A DNA stretch of 35,353 nucleotides from a virus: UHGV virus genome UHGV-0105470; one strand, written 5' to 3'. Shown here piece by piece: positions 28,307 through 35,353 of the stretch. The notes below the pieces were generated by a model. That model had not been told where the DNA came from and did not search any database. It saw nothing but the letters and a program-made list of their open reading frames with translations. Position 1 is the first letter of the stretch. Each line of letters starts with the position of its first letter. A program made the translations under genes and the position numbers.

Positions 28307-28855
28307 ATGAAAAAAGATAACTTAAAAGAAGTTGAAGGCAACTACCTAGTCCTTGACTGGAATGATATTCGGGAAGCACTCTCCGAAGAAAGCCTTGACA
28401 TACTAGAGCAACTTATCTTCTCAGTACGTCATACCAGAGGTATTGTAAACGGTAAAGAGCCATTAGAAGGAATCTTTGTAGAGAAGTCTTATCCGTTCTA
28501 TGAAGACACTTTGCAGAAAGTTAAAATGTACTTTAGACAGAAGAACCGTAAAGTGGTCACTATGGTGTCTCTTGGTGGTCAGAGCATGTCTGTGATGGAA
28601 GATATCAACCCTAAGAGACCGAGTAAAGGTGTTTGTATAAAAATCACAGGGCATGAAGAGTACATCTCAGTGGATGACTTTAGTGCATTCTGTAATGGTT
28701 CTGCTGTATTTAATGGGTTCCACTATGATATCCGAGTGTACCCAATCAAGGGAGATGATATCATGATGCAGATATTCGATAACAACAATGGATTCACTCA
28801 TTTTTATCAGACAACCAAGTCATCACTGAAGACAGTTCTGGAAACACTGATTTAA
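28307..28855 (+). CDS. hypothetical protein
   Basis: ATG at 28307 (MKKDNLKEV...) preferred over ORF-track start 28262, which overlaps the upstream gene. Confidence 0.55.
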   Translation: MKKDNLKEVEGNYLVLDWNDIREALSEESLDILEQLIFSVRHTRGIVNGKEPLEGIFVEKSYPFYEDTLQKVKMYFRQKNRKVVTMVSLGGQSMSVMEDINPKRPSKGVCIKITGHEEYISVDDFSAFCNGSAVFNGFHYDIRVYPIKGDDIMMQIFDNNNGFTHFYQTTKSSLKTVLETLI

Positions 28856-28865
28856 AATATCTTAA

Positions 28866-28890
28866 GAGCCTCCTTAATTGGGGGCTTTTT
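28866..28890 (+). terminator. rho-independent terminator ending the plus-strand block
   Basis: AGCCTCC-ttaatt-GGGGGCT hairpin followed by T5. Confidence 0.6.
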
Positions 28891-28949
28891 AATTTTTATA
28901 AAATTTTATCGGTTGTTCCAACCTCTGGGTCACCATCATATGTGAATAA

Positions 28950-29760
28950 AATATCTACCCTTCTTAACATCCTTCTTAAGCTTACTCTCTATATATAGTT
29001 ATATAGTACTATATAGTATCTTAGTATCTATCTAGTGGTCTTAATAGCCCCTCTGTATAGCCCTTCTAAACACTCTTCTAACAAGCCTTCTTAACAGCCT
29101 ATACAATCACCTTAACCATCTCTCTATACCCTCTTAGAAGCCCCTATACACCTCTTAATCTTTAGGTTATCTGTGTTACTTAACAGTAACCCATTATGTC
29201 AACTATGTTACCCTCTATAGGTGTTCACTAGGTATTACTAAGCCTCTATATAGACTGTTTTAACAAACTTAACAGGAATATCTTTACAGACCTTATCTCA
29301 CAAGGTCTAACACGGTAATAACAAGGTATCTTATAAGCCTGTTTATGCCTGTATTTTTAAAAGACTGTCTAGGTAATTATTCAGAATTTTAAAATTTTTA
29401 TAAAAATAGGACTATCAAGTCATTTTTTAGGGTCTTTGAAGGAACTCAAAAATATCTGTAGAAGATGTATATCTGCTTGGTAGCCCTTAACACCCCTGTA
29501 ACATCCCCTTTGCAGAATTTTAAAATATCCTTAACAATCTCTTAACAGCTACTACATCTTCTTAACATCTCTTCAGAGGTCTTAACAGATTCTTAACAGG
29601 ACTAACAAGGGCTTAACAAGTTCTTAACAGTCGATACATGGTCTTTATAGTCTCTTAACAGATGACTAACAAGAGCTAACAAGTTAATTTTTAAGAGTTA
29701 TTTTGTTAAGATAATTAACAAGTTCCTAACAAGTGTCTAATCTTTTAACAAGCTATTAAC
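28950..29760. repeat. iteron-like array of short direct repeats (CTTAACAG / CTAACAAG / TTAACAAG family)
   Basis: More than 20 copies of an 8-9 bp motif, many at about 10-11 bp spacing (densest 29530-29760); an AT-rich TATATAGT triple repeat at about 28984-29010; no ORF of 60 aa or more across 28856-30477. Confidence 0.7.
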
Positions 29761-29779
29761 ACGGTCACTATCTCTTTCT

Positions 29780-30440
29780 TATCGTTCCCTTTCCCTCTTA
29801 GTGACTCTTTAAACATACCTCTTAAAAGTTCTCTATAGCTCCTTGTAAGCTCTTTTAAGCCTCTTCCTAGTATCTACCACTCAACTGTATGGATAGCTCT
29901 TTATAGGGCTTTACAGGAGCTTTTAAGGCTATGTCAAAGGCTCTTACAAGGTTTTTACGTGGTATTAACAGAGATTTAACAAGGGGCTAACAAGTGCCTT
30001 AAAAGTGTAACTATGTAGGGATTGTTAAGAAATTGTTAAGGGGGCTAGTATTTACGTAACTTTTAAACCACTTTGAAGCAACTTTATAGCCCCTATAACA
30101 TACTTTTAAGACACTAACAAGCCATTTATAGATATTCACAAGGAACTAACGAGATGATAAAGCTTACACCCTTATAAGATTCTTTTAAGCCTCTATAAAG
30201 CCCTGTAAAGAGCTTTTTAAGGTGAGTTAATGCAATCCCTTAAGTTAGGTTGATAAGGCTGTTATAGAGCTTTATAGAGCGTTTAAATGGGCCATCCCCT
30301 TTTCTGGGGTTATTGGCTTATATTTAAGTTGATTTGATAAAAGGTTATAGAGTAAGCTATAGAGTTATTGCTTTTTAAGGTCTTGTAAGATTCTGGAAAG
30401 GAAAGGGAAAGGGTTGTATAGGATTCAATAAGACGTAAAA
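29780..30440. repeat. large imperfect palindrome rich in CTTNNAAG and CTCTATAG-type motifs
   Basis: ccctttccct...ctctatagc near 29786-29840 mirrors gctatagag...gggaaaggg near 30385-30415; many motifs occur in both orientations. Confidence 0.6.
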
Positions 30441-30477
30441 AAGCCCCTATGAAAAGGAGCTTTGAAGGTATCTGGGG

Positions 30478-30612
30478 CTATTTAGCCCCGTTTTCTGATT
30501 TGGTGATTGTTGCAAAATGTACACCATTACAACGAAATTCATAGGTGTCTTTAACAGGCTTTGACATAACACTATTTGAACGAATGAAGTTGATAGCTTT
30601 GAACTTGTTCAT
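30478..30612 (-). CDS. possible small ORF (44 aa) downstream of cassette 1
   Basis: ATG at 30610-30612 directly follows the conserved leader/SD; followed by GGGGCTA-tt-TAGCCCC hairpin. Confidence 0.4.
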   Translation of the reverse strand: MNKFKAINFIRSNSVMSKPVKDTYEFRCNGVHFATITKSENGAK

Positions 30613-30700
30613 TTTTTGAATCTCCTAGTTTAAGGACTTTACTTAGTGGGGAGGTTATCCCTCCCGTTGATTAGTAATTTACTTGTTTTGATATCTGATT
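30613..30700 (-). promoter_or_regulatory. promoter-leader cassette 1 (variant A)
   Basis: Minus strand: TTGCAA-N17-TAAATT, GC-rich hairpin, conserved leader CCACTAAGTAAAGTCCTTAAACTAGGAGATTCAAAAAATG. Confidence 0.6.
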
Positions 30701-30833
30701 GCAAGCAATTTTTTAAGTTTATCTATAAAGAATCTTTTAAGTTAATCCCTTTTAGATAAACCCCCTCGAACAAAGTTACCAATGTCAAGGGGCATTGTCA
30801 ACACTTTTTTAAAAGTTTTTTGTAAGTTATTGA

Positions 30834-31175
30834 TTAACTGATGAATATTTTTTCAGGTTTTACATAGCTGATACGCTGACTTTTTAGCAAGTCATCCCAG
30901 ATTATTGCCGCAATATGAGAATAACCAGACTCACGCAAGAGCTTCATTGCTTTACATCTCGTTTCAAATCTGGTTGCGTAGTACTCACTATTCAAAACAG
31001 TTTTCTTCCCTTCGTTATCTGTATGGATAATCTGCATTACTTGAAAGGGGCTGACATCCTCGCCTTTGTTCCATTGCTCAAAGTATTTTAGGCACTGCAT
31101 AGGTGACATCTTATCGCTTACTTGAGTTGACCAAGATGCGCCAGCTTTATCGGTAATTACGGTTACATAAGCCAT
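30834..31175 (-). CDS. hypothetical protein
   Basis: 113-aa ORF; ATG at 31175 directly follows cassette 2. Confidence 0.6.
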   Translation of the reverse strand: MAYVTVITDKAGASWSTQVSDKMSPMQCLKYFEQWNKGEDVSPFQVMQIIHTDNEGKKTVLNSEYYATRFETRCKAMKLLRESGYSHIAAIIWDDLLKSQRISYVKPEKIFIS

Positions 31176-31262
31176 TTTTGAATCTCCAGTTTAGGATTTT
31201 ATTTAGTGGGGAAGGTCATCCCCTCCCCGTTGATTGACAATTTACAGATTTTTATCAGGCTT
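31176..31262 (-). promoter_or_regulatory. promoter-leader cassette 2 (variant A)
   Basis: TAGACA-N17-TAAATT, hairpin GGGGAGGGGATGACCTTCCCC, conserved leader with GGAG. Confidence 0.6.
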
Positions 31263-31264
31263 GT

Positions 31265-31498
31265 CTAGTCTTTTTCAATGATAATTTCATACTGACCATC
31301 TACACTGTCAAAATAGATACCGTCTTCATCTTCTGTCTTAAAGTAACACTGAATATCATCACTTGCGGGATAGTCTTGTCTCGCTATCTGGCAAACTTGA
31401 ATAGCATTTTCTTTACTTCCTGTAAACTCTTCAAGCCCTTTAAAATCGCATGAATGACCATTACATATAGAAAGGATAAGATAAATGGTTGTAAGCAT
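31265..31498 (-). CDS. hypothetical small secreted/lipoprotein-like protein
   Basis: 77-aa ORF; hydrophobic N-terminus MLTTIYLILSICNG with Cys; own upstream hairpin CCCCT-aca-AGGGG, no shared cassette. Confidence 0.5.
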   Translation of the reverse strand: MLTTIYLILSICNGHSCDFKGLEEFTGSKENAIQVCQIARQDYPASDDIQCYFKTEDEDGIYFDSVDGQYEIIIEKD

Positions 31499-31564
31499 GA
31501 TTTAAGCCTCTTAAAAGCCCCTACAAGGGGCTGAATAGTGTTTATAATGTGATTGCATAGGTTT

Positions 31565-32107
31565 TTAGAAAAAGCTCTTTAAATCCTCTTCTGCGATGTT
31601 TCCTGTTAGTGTATCCATGATGTCACAAAAAACCTGAATACTGTCCGATTGTTGAACACTTTTAGCAAGTAGTTCTAATGTCTCATCAAGATAATTCATA
31701 TTTGGGTTATCCAGTGAAGGAAGACAAAAAGGCGAATACATAGCATTAAATTCAGTGATGTAAACCTTTTTAATCCAATTTAAATCGAAATATTCTGTAA
31801 AACTTGCCACGCTCGACATATTATCACAAGAATAATCATCGTTTAGCTCATCTTCTGGAGTCTCAAGTTCCAAGATAACAATGTTTTGAGTTTTCATCTG
31901 AAAAGCTGCGGTAATAGTGGCATTGCCCAGAGCCTGTTGGATACCTTCAGAGACTATTCCTTCCTCATCGTCACCATAGATTTTATTTTCTGGATAAACG
32001 TAAAAATTTCCATCCATATCCGAACAATTCCATGCGCCTGATGGTTTATCACCGTTATTAATCAGGTTGATAAAGTTTTCTTGAGTAGTACCGTGAAAGC
32101 ATTTCAT
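31565..32107 (-). CDS. hypothetical protein with N-terminal MKCFHGT motif (ADP-ribosyltransferase/KptA-like fold is a weak guess)
   Basis: 180-aa ORF; ATG at 32107 follows cassette 3; acidic C-terminal half. Confidence 0.55.
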   Translation of the reverse strand: MKCFHGTTQENFINLINNGDKPSGAWNCSDMDGNFYVYPENKIYGDDEEGIVSEGIQQALGNATITAAFQMKTQNIVILELETPEDELNDDYSCDNMSSVASFTEYFDLNWIKKVYITEFNAMYSPFCLPSLDNPNMNYLDETLELLAKSVQQSDSIQVFCDIMDTLTGNIAEEDLKSFF

Positions 32108-32199
32108 TTTAGAATCTCCTAGTTTAAGGACTTTATTTAGTGGTAAAGCTCTTTATCTGGGGCTTAAGATATCAACTTTTAAGCCCCTTGTAAAGTACT
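32108..32199 (-). promoter_or_regulatory. promoter-leader cassette 3 (variant B, palindrome brackets -10)
   Basis: Minus strand: TTTACA-N17-TATCTT with inverted repeat GGGGCTTAA-N11-TTAAGCCCC spanning spacer and -10; conserved leader follows. Confidence 0.55.
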
Positions 32200-32403
32200 T
32201 TATCGGTTATTTTTGACAACTTTTAAAACTGCAAGATAACCTAAGCAATAAGAGTCACCGAAGAGAGTTCTACCCATGAAAGAATCCTCTTTGATATCCT
32301 TTGCAGTGACAGTTTTTTCTACGCCGTGAAAAAGAACTATATCGCCAACTTTGATATCTTTGATATGAGTAGTTTCAATGTTTAAACCGTTAATAATAGC
32401 CAT
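32200..32403 (-). CDS. hypothetical protein
   Basis: 67-aa ORF; ATG at 32403 follows cassette 4. Confidence 0.55.
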   Translation of the reverse strand: MAIINGLNIETTHIKDIKVGDIVLFHGVEKTVTAKDIKEDSFMGRTLFGDSYCLGYLAVLKVVKNNR

Positions 32404-32506
32404 TTTAGAATCTCCTAGTTTAAGGACTTTGTTTAGTGGGGAAGTTCATTCCCTCCCCGTTGATTAGTAATTTACTTGTTTTAAAAACCAAAATCAAGAA
32501 AAATTT
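32404..32506 (-). promoter_or_regulatory. promoter-leader cassette 4 (variant A)
   Basis: TTGATT-N17-TAAATT, hairpin GGGGAGGGAATGAACTTCCCC, conserved leader. Confidence 0.6.
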
Positions 32507-32911
32507 TCAGAGTTCTGCGTAAATTGCGTCGCAGATATCACGAAAATCGTGATTTGTTAAATTACGTTGCAACCATGTTGCGAAAAAGTCAGCGATTGCA
32601 AAATTTGCGTCATACTCGACAGATAGCCACACTTTAACAGCAAAACGAAACATTTTTAAATCAAGCTCTTTATTCATTACCTTTGATTTGCCTAACATGT
32701 CGGCCATTTCATATTGTGCACCGTCTAGCGTGATACCTGCTGCAACGTCAGCCAATGAGTTTTTTACGTTTTCAACGTCTAAGATAACACTTTGAATCTT
32801 CCCAATAATGTTGTACAAAGTTTCATCCGGTGCTGCTGATGTGATAACATTAATCCGGTTAACGGTCAAACGTGCTTTTAAGATAGATAACTCACGATTA
32901 TTAATAGCCAT
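32507..32911 (-). CDS. hypothetical protein
   Basis: 134-aa ORF; ATG follows cassette 5. Confidence 0.6.
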   Translation of the reverse strand: MAINNRELSILKARLTVNRINVITSAAPDETLYNIIGKIQSVILDVENVKNSLADVAAGITLDGAQYEMADMLGKSKVMNKELDLKMFRFAVKVWLSVEYDANFAIADFFATWLQRNLTNHDFRDICDAIYAEL

Positions 32912-32996
32912 TTTTGAATCTCCAATTTAGGATTTAGTGGTAAAGCTCTTTATCTGGGGCTTACTGTACAGACTTATAAGCCCCTTGTAAAGTACT
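32912..32996 (-). promoter_or_regulatory. promoter-leader cassette 5 (variant B)
   Basis: TTTACA-N17-TACAGT within GGGGCTTA...TAAGCCCC palindrome; conserved leader slightly diverged (CTAAATCCTAAATTGGAGATTC). Confidence 0.5.
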
Positions 32997-33269
32997 TTAT
33001 GCTAAATGCAGCTTTTTGCCTTTTACTATGATGTAACTTGATGCGCTATTGCCGCATACATCTTGATAAATTCTACGCAAACGGCCTTCGTAGTATACTT
33101 TCCAGCTAGTTGGAATCTTTTTCCCGTATCCGGTAGCAGTTTTTTGGAATCCTGCAAGTTGCCAATCCAAAATGTGCTGTTCAGCTTGTAAATCCTCGAA
33201 GTGCATTACACCGTTCACATAGTGGCGTAGGGTTACGTTTAAGGTGCGACCGTTGTTAGTAGTGTACAT
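32997..33269 (-). CDS. hypothetical protein
   Basis: ATG at 33267-33269 (MYTTNNGRTL...) sits right after the conserved leader/SD; ORF-track N-terminal extension to 33311 would overlap the leader. Confidence 0.55.
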   Translation of the reverse strand: MYTTNNGRTLNVTLRHYVNGVMHFEDLQAEQHILDWQLAGFQKTATGYGKKIPTSWKVYYEGRLRRIYQDVCGNSASSYIIVKGKKLHLA

Positions 33270-33300
33270 TTTTGAATCTCCTAGTTTAAGGACTTTATTT
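33270..33300 (-). promoter_or_regulatory. cassette 6, truncated (conserved leader/SD only)
   Basis: catttttgaatctcctagtttaaggactttatttt on plus strand; upstream part replaced by the 3' end of the 52-aa ORF. Confidence 0.45.
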
Positions 33301-33453
33301 TGACAGTTCACTAATTAAGACATCAAAGATTATATCATTATCTGCTACAGTTGCAACACCAGTGATATAATCAATTTCTAAGATAACAACAACTTTCGTA
33401 CATAAACCGTCATCTATATCATTCCAGACAACTTTATCACCTGCACAAAACAT
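33295..33453 (-). CDS. possible small ORF (52 aa)
   Basis: ATG at 33451-33453 follows cassette 7; below ORF-track size cut-off. Confidence 0.45.
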   Translation of the reverse strand: MFCAGDKVVWNDIDDGLCTKVVVILEIDYITGVATVADNDIIFDVLISELSK

Positions 33454-33544
33454 TTTTAGAATCTCCTAGTTTAAGGACTTTATTTAGTGGGGAAGGTCAT
33501 CCCCTCCCCGTTGATGTGTAATTTAACCTATCTAAAAATCAGTG
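33454..33544 (-). promoter_or_regulatory. promoter-leader cassette 7 (variant A)
   Basis: Perfect TTGACA-N17-TAAATT, hairpin GGGGAGGGGATGACCTTCCCC, conserved leader. Confidence 0.65.
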
Positions 33545-33877
33545 TCAAACACTTTGTTTTCGTTTGCTCAATTCTTGAACAATTACAGCGTGATAGTCTT
33601 TCAAGTCACTGATGTTTAAAGCATTTATCAGAGAATTATAATCATCAACTAACTGGAAATCATCTTTGAAGATGTCACTTATCTGATAGGTTTTCACTTT
33701 ATATCTGAAGCTCATCTCTAGCCGCTTTATTTGCTCATCACTTAAACGCCCTAGAAAGCTCTCTACAAGGTTATTGCTAACTTGATGTGTGATTGCCTTA
33801 TTTGCTAGATTATAGGCTTTATATGCCTTATATAGCGCGAAAATGGCAATGATTGCAGTGATACCAGTCATTAACAT
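33545..33877 (-). CDS. hypothetical membrane protein
   Basis: 110 aa; N-terminal TM helix MLMTGITAIIAIFALY; SD AGAGGAAA; start overlaps upstream stop. Confidence 0.6.
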   Translation of the reverse strand: MLMTGITAIIAIFALYKAYKAYNLANKAITHQVSNNLVESFLGRLSDEQIKRLEMSFRYKVKTYQISDIFKDDFQLVDDYNSLINALNISDLKDYHAVIVQELSKRKQSV

Positions 33878-34167
33878 GGTGTTTCCTCTTTACGTGATAC
33901 TTTGCCATTTACAGTTATCTCATAGGATTCTAATAAATCGCTTTTAGACTTTACAGGACTTTTAAAAGTATCATCATAAACATTAATTTGCAATACAGGC
34001 TTTTTATACTCCCTGCAACTATTCCATAAGCAAATCACTACACGACGGCCTTTTATTTTGCCGTGTAACCATTCCATAACATCATGACTATTCCTTGATG
34101 TCTCTATAAAATCAATTTTGTTGAGTAATTTGCTAAGGTTTTCCCTAACTTTATTTGATAATTTCAT
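33871..34167 (-). CDS. hypothetical protein
   Basis: 98-aa ORF; ATG at 34167 follows cassette 8. Confidence 0.6.
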   Translation of the reverse strand: MKLSNKVRENLSKLLNKIDFIETSRNSHDVMEWLHGKIKGRRVVICLWNSCREYKKPVLQINVYDDTFKSPVKSKSDLLESYEITVNGKVSRKEETPC

Positions 34168-34258
34168 TTTTGAATCTCCTAGTTTAAGGGTTAATTTGAT
34201 AAAGCTCTTTATCTGGGGCTATCATATCCGCTTGTTAGCCCCGTGTAAAGAAATCTAT
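34168..34258 (-). promoter_or_regulatory. promoter-leader cassette 8 (variant B)
   Basis: TTTACA-N17-TATGAT bracketed by GGGGCTA...TAGCCCC; conserved leader. Confidence 0.55.
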
Positions 34259-34687
34259 TTAGTTCTTAAAGATATTCATCACTGAATCTTTTAATGCTTC
34301 CAAGCGTTCTAATACTTCAGATTCTGCGTCTGCGTTGTTCACTTCCTCTTTTAGTCTGTCATCTAAATCATCGCCGTCACTGTAGCACCAATCGAAAGCA
34401 TAACCAATATAAAAACTCTCTAAAACCGTGCTACCGTTTGCATCTACAACTTTCGCGGCGATGTTATATTCTGAAGCCTCTAAATCTCTTTCTAGTTCTT
34501 TCTGTAAGCTGATGTAAGCCTCTTTCGATGGATTTTCCCGGCCTTGTTTTGCATAGTCAATTGAAAGCTGTTTAAGGCTGTAATGTAAAGGAATTGCATA
34601 TTTAAATCCATTACGCTGACAGTTGGGGTTTTTAATAGTCACACCGCCTTGATGGTCATCTGTAAACTTCCAATTATCAAGAAACAA
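34259..34687 (-). CDS. hypothetical acidic protein (first gene of the minus-strand array)
   Basis: 142-aa ORF; only a TTG start at 34687 and no obvious SD, so N-terminus is uncertain. Confidence 0.45.
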   Translation of the reverse strand: MFLDNWKFTDDHQGGVTIKNPNCQRNGFKYAIPLHYSLKQLSIDYAKQGRENPSKEAYISLQKELERDLEASEYNIAAKVVDANGSTVLESFYIGYAFDWCYSDGDDLDDRLKEEVNNADAESEVLERLEALKDSVMNIFKN

Positions 34688-35072
34688 AGTTGTTTTTCAT
34701 TAATTGCAATCTATAAATGCAAGTTCCGTTTATAGTTTGTTCCAGTGCACAATCAGTTTAGTATCAATTAATGGCAAGTTTACTGTCAATCAGAAAGAAA
34801 TTTGTTGTTAATAGATGAGTTGCTATATACCTGTTCTCATACGTGCGGCATTAGCTATTTCTTTGTTTTTGAATGCCATAAAAAACTTTTCTGTTTATAA
34901 TAAATCTAAATACAGACTGGGGTAAAGAACTAAGGGAGGGGCGTTTTGTTTATAAAATAATGCAAATAATTAGTATGTAATTTCCTCTGTATAATACTTT
35001 ATTTCCTTTTTTAACGAATGGTAAATTTGGATATTATACATTTGTGGAAAGTCTTTAAGAGAGAGGTGATAA

Positions 35073-35353
35073 ATGCAAAACAACAAAAACAAAGAAACGT
35101 TAGAGATATATGTCTTAGGTGACGATTTCAAGTATTATGAGAATCTGAAGTATCTTCCTTTGACTTCTTATCCTTCTAATAATCAATCAGCTTTGATTAT
35201 ATATTGTTTAGGTGGAAAGGCCAAAATTACAGTGCATGAAGATGTACATTGGATACAACCGGAGGAATTGATTATATTATTACCCGGACAATTTGTCTCA
35301 TTTAGTGAGCCAAGTGAAGATTTCTCGACCGTTACGATGGTTATATCTACTTC
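35073..35353 (+). CDS. partial CDS (N-terminal 93 aa), possible AraC-type regulator sensor domain
   Basis: ATG at 35073 preceded by GAGAGGTGA; open to window end; pattern LEIYVLGDD...IIYCLGGKAKITVHEDVHWIQPEELIILLPGQFVSFSEPSEDF resembles AraC-family N-terminal domains (memory only). Confidence 0.45.
   Translation, partial: MQNNKNKETLEIYVLGDDFKYYENLKYLPLTSYPSNNQSALIIYCLGGKAKITVHEDVHWIQPEELIILLPGQFVSFSEPSEDFSTVTMVIST

Noticed and set aside
29500-29760. Possible CRISPR array suggested by densely repeated CTTAACAG-like units
   Set aside because: Repeat units are only 8-9 bp with 2-4 bp between them, not 25-40 bp repeats with unique 30-40 bp spacers; no cas genes; pattern fits iterons or protein-binding sites.
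31499-31564. Ninth copy of the promoter-leader cassette upstream of 31265..31498
   Set aside because: The region has a different hairpin (CCCCT-aca-AGGGG) and lacks the conserved gaatctcctagtttaagg leader.
33270-33311. ORF-track start at 33311 for gene 32997..33311
   Set aside because: That start would run through the conserved leader; the ATG at 33267-33269 right after the GGAG element matches every other cassette gene.
35030-35045. Bacteroidetes-type promoter motif (TAnnTTTG) upstream of the AraC-like ORF, implying a Bacteroidetes host
   Set aside because: Genes across the window use strong GGAG-type SD sequences and sigma70-like -35/-10 promoters, which Bacteroidetes generally do not; the motif match is probably chance in AT-rich DNA.

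Overview
The window is a segment of an AT-rich tailed dsDNA phage (or prophage) genome. Genes use strong Shine-Dalgarno sites and sigma70-like promoters, which argues for a host that uses these signals rather than a Bacteroidetes host. Nothing here was run through a search tool; all calls are from reading the sequence and the ORF track, and coordinates of RNA genes and motifs may be off by 1-2 nt. Layout, left to right: (1) minus-strand structural module 1-13827 with a P2/Mu-like contractile tail (tape measure, chaperone pair with a -1 slippery site, tube, sheath) and a lambda-like head (capsid, decoration protein, S49 protease/scaffold, portal, large terminase); (2) a minus-strand array of about 27 tRNA genes plus one remnant at 14050-18958, with two embedded protein genes and conserved spacer stem elements; (3) a frameshifted vWA-domain (Ro60/TROVE-like?) gene and a small basic protein; (4) a plus-strand block 21241-28855 including a protein with three Ig-like repeats (two perfect 249-bp tandem copies), a GH24 lysozyme and about 12 hypothetical genes; (5) a 1.6-kb ORF-free region 28856-30477 packed with phased short repeats and a large imperfect palindrome (candidate origin, terminus or regulatory hub); (6) a minus-strand array of about 11 small genes 30478-34687, eight of them preceded by a reiterated promoter/hairpin/leader cassette; (7) a partial plus-strand ORF at the right edge. 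The most unusual signals are the reiterated promoter-leader cassette array, the repeat-dense non-coding region, and three Leu-anticodon tRNAs that appear to lack the long variable arm.
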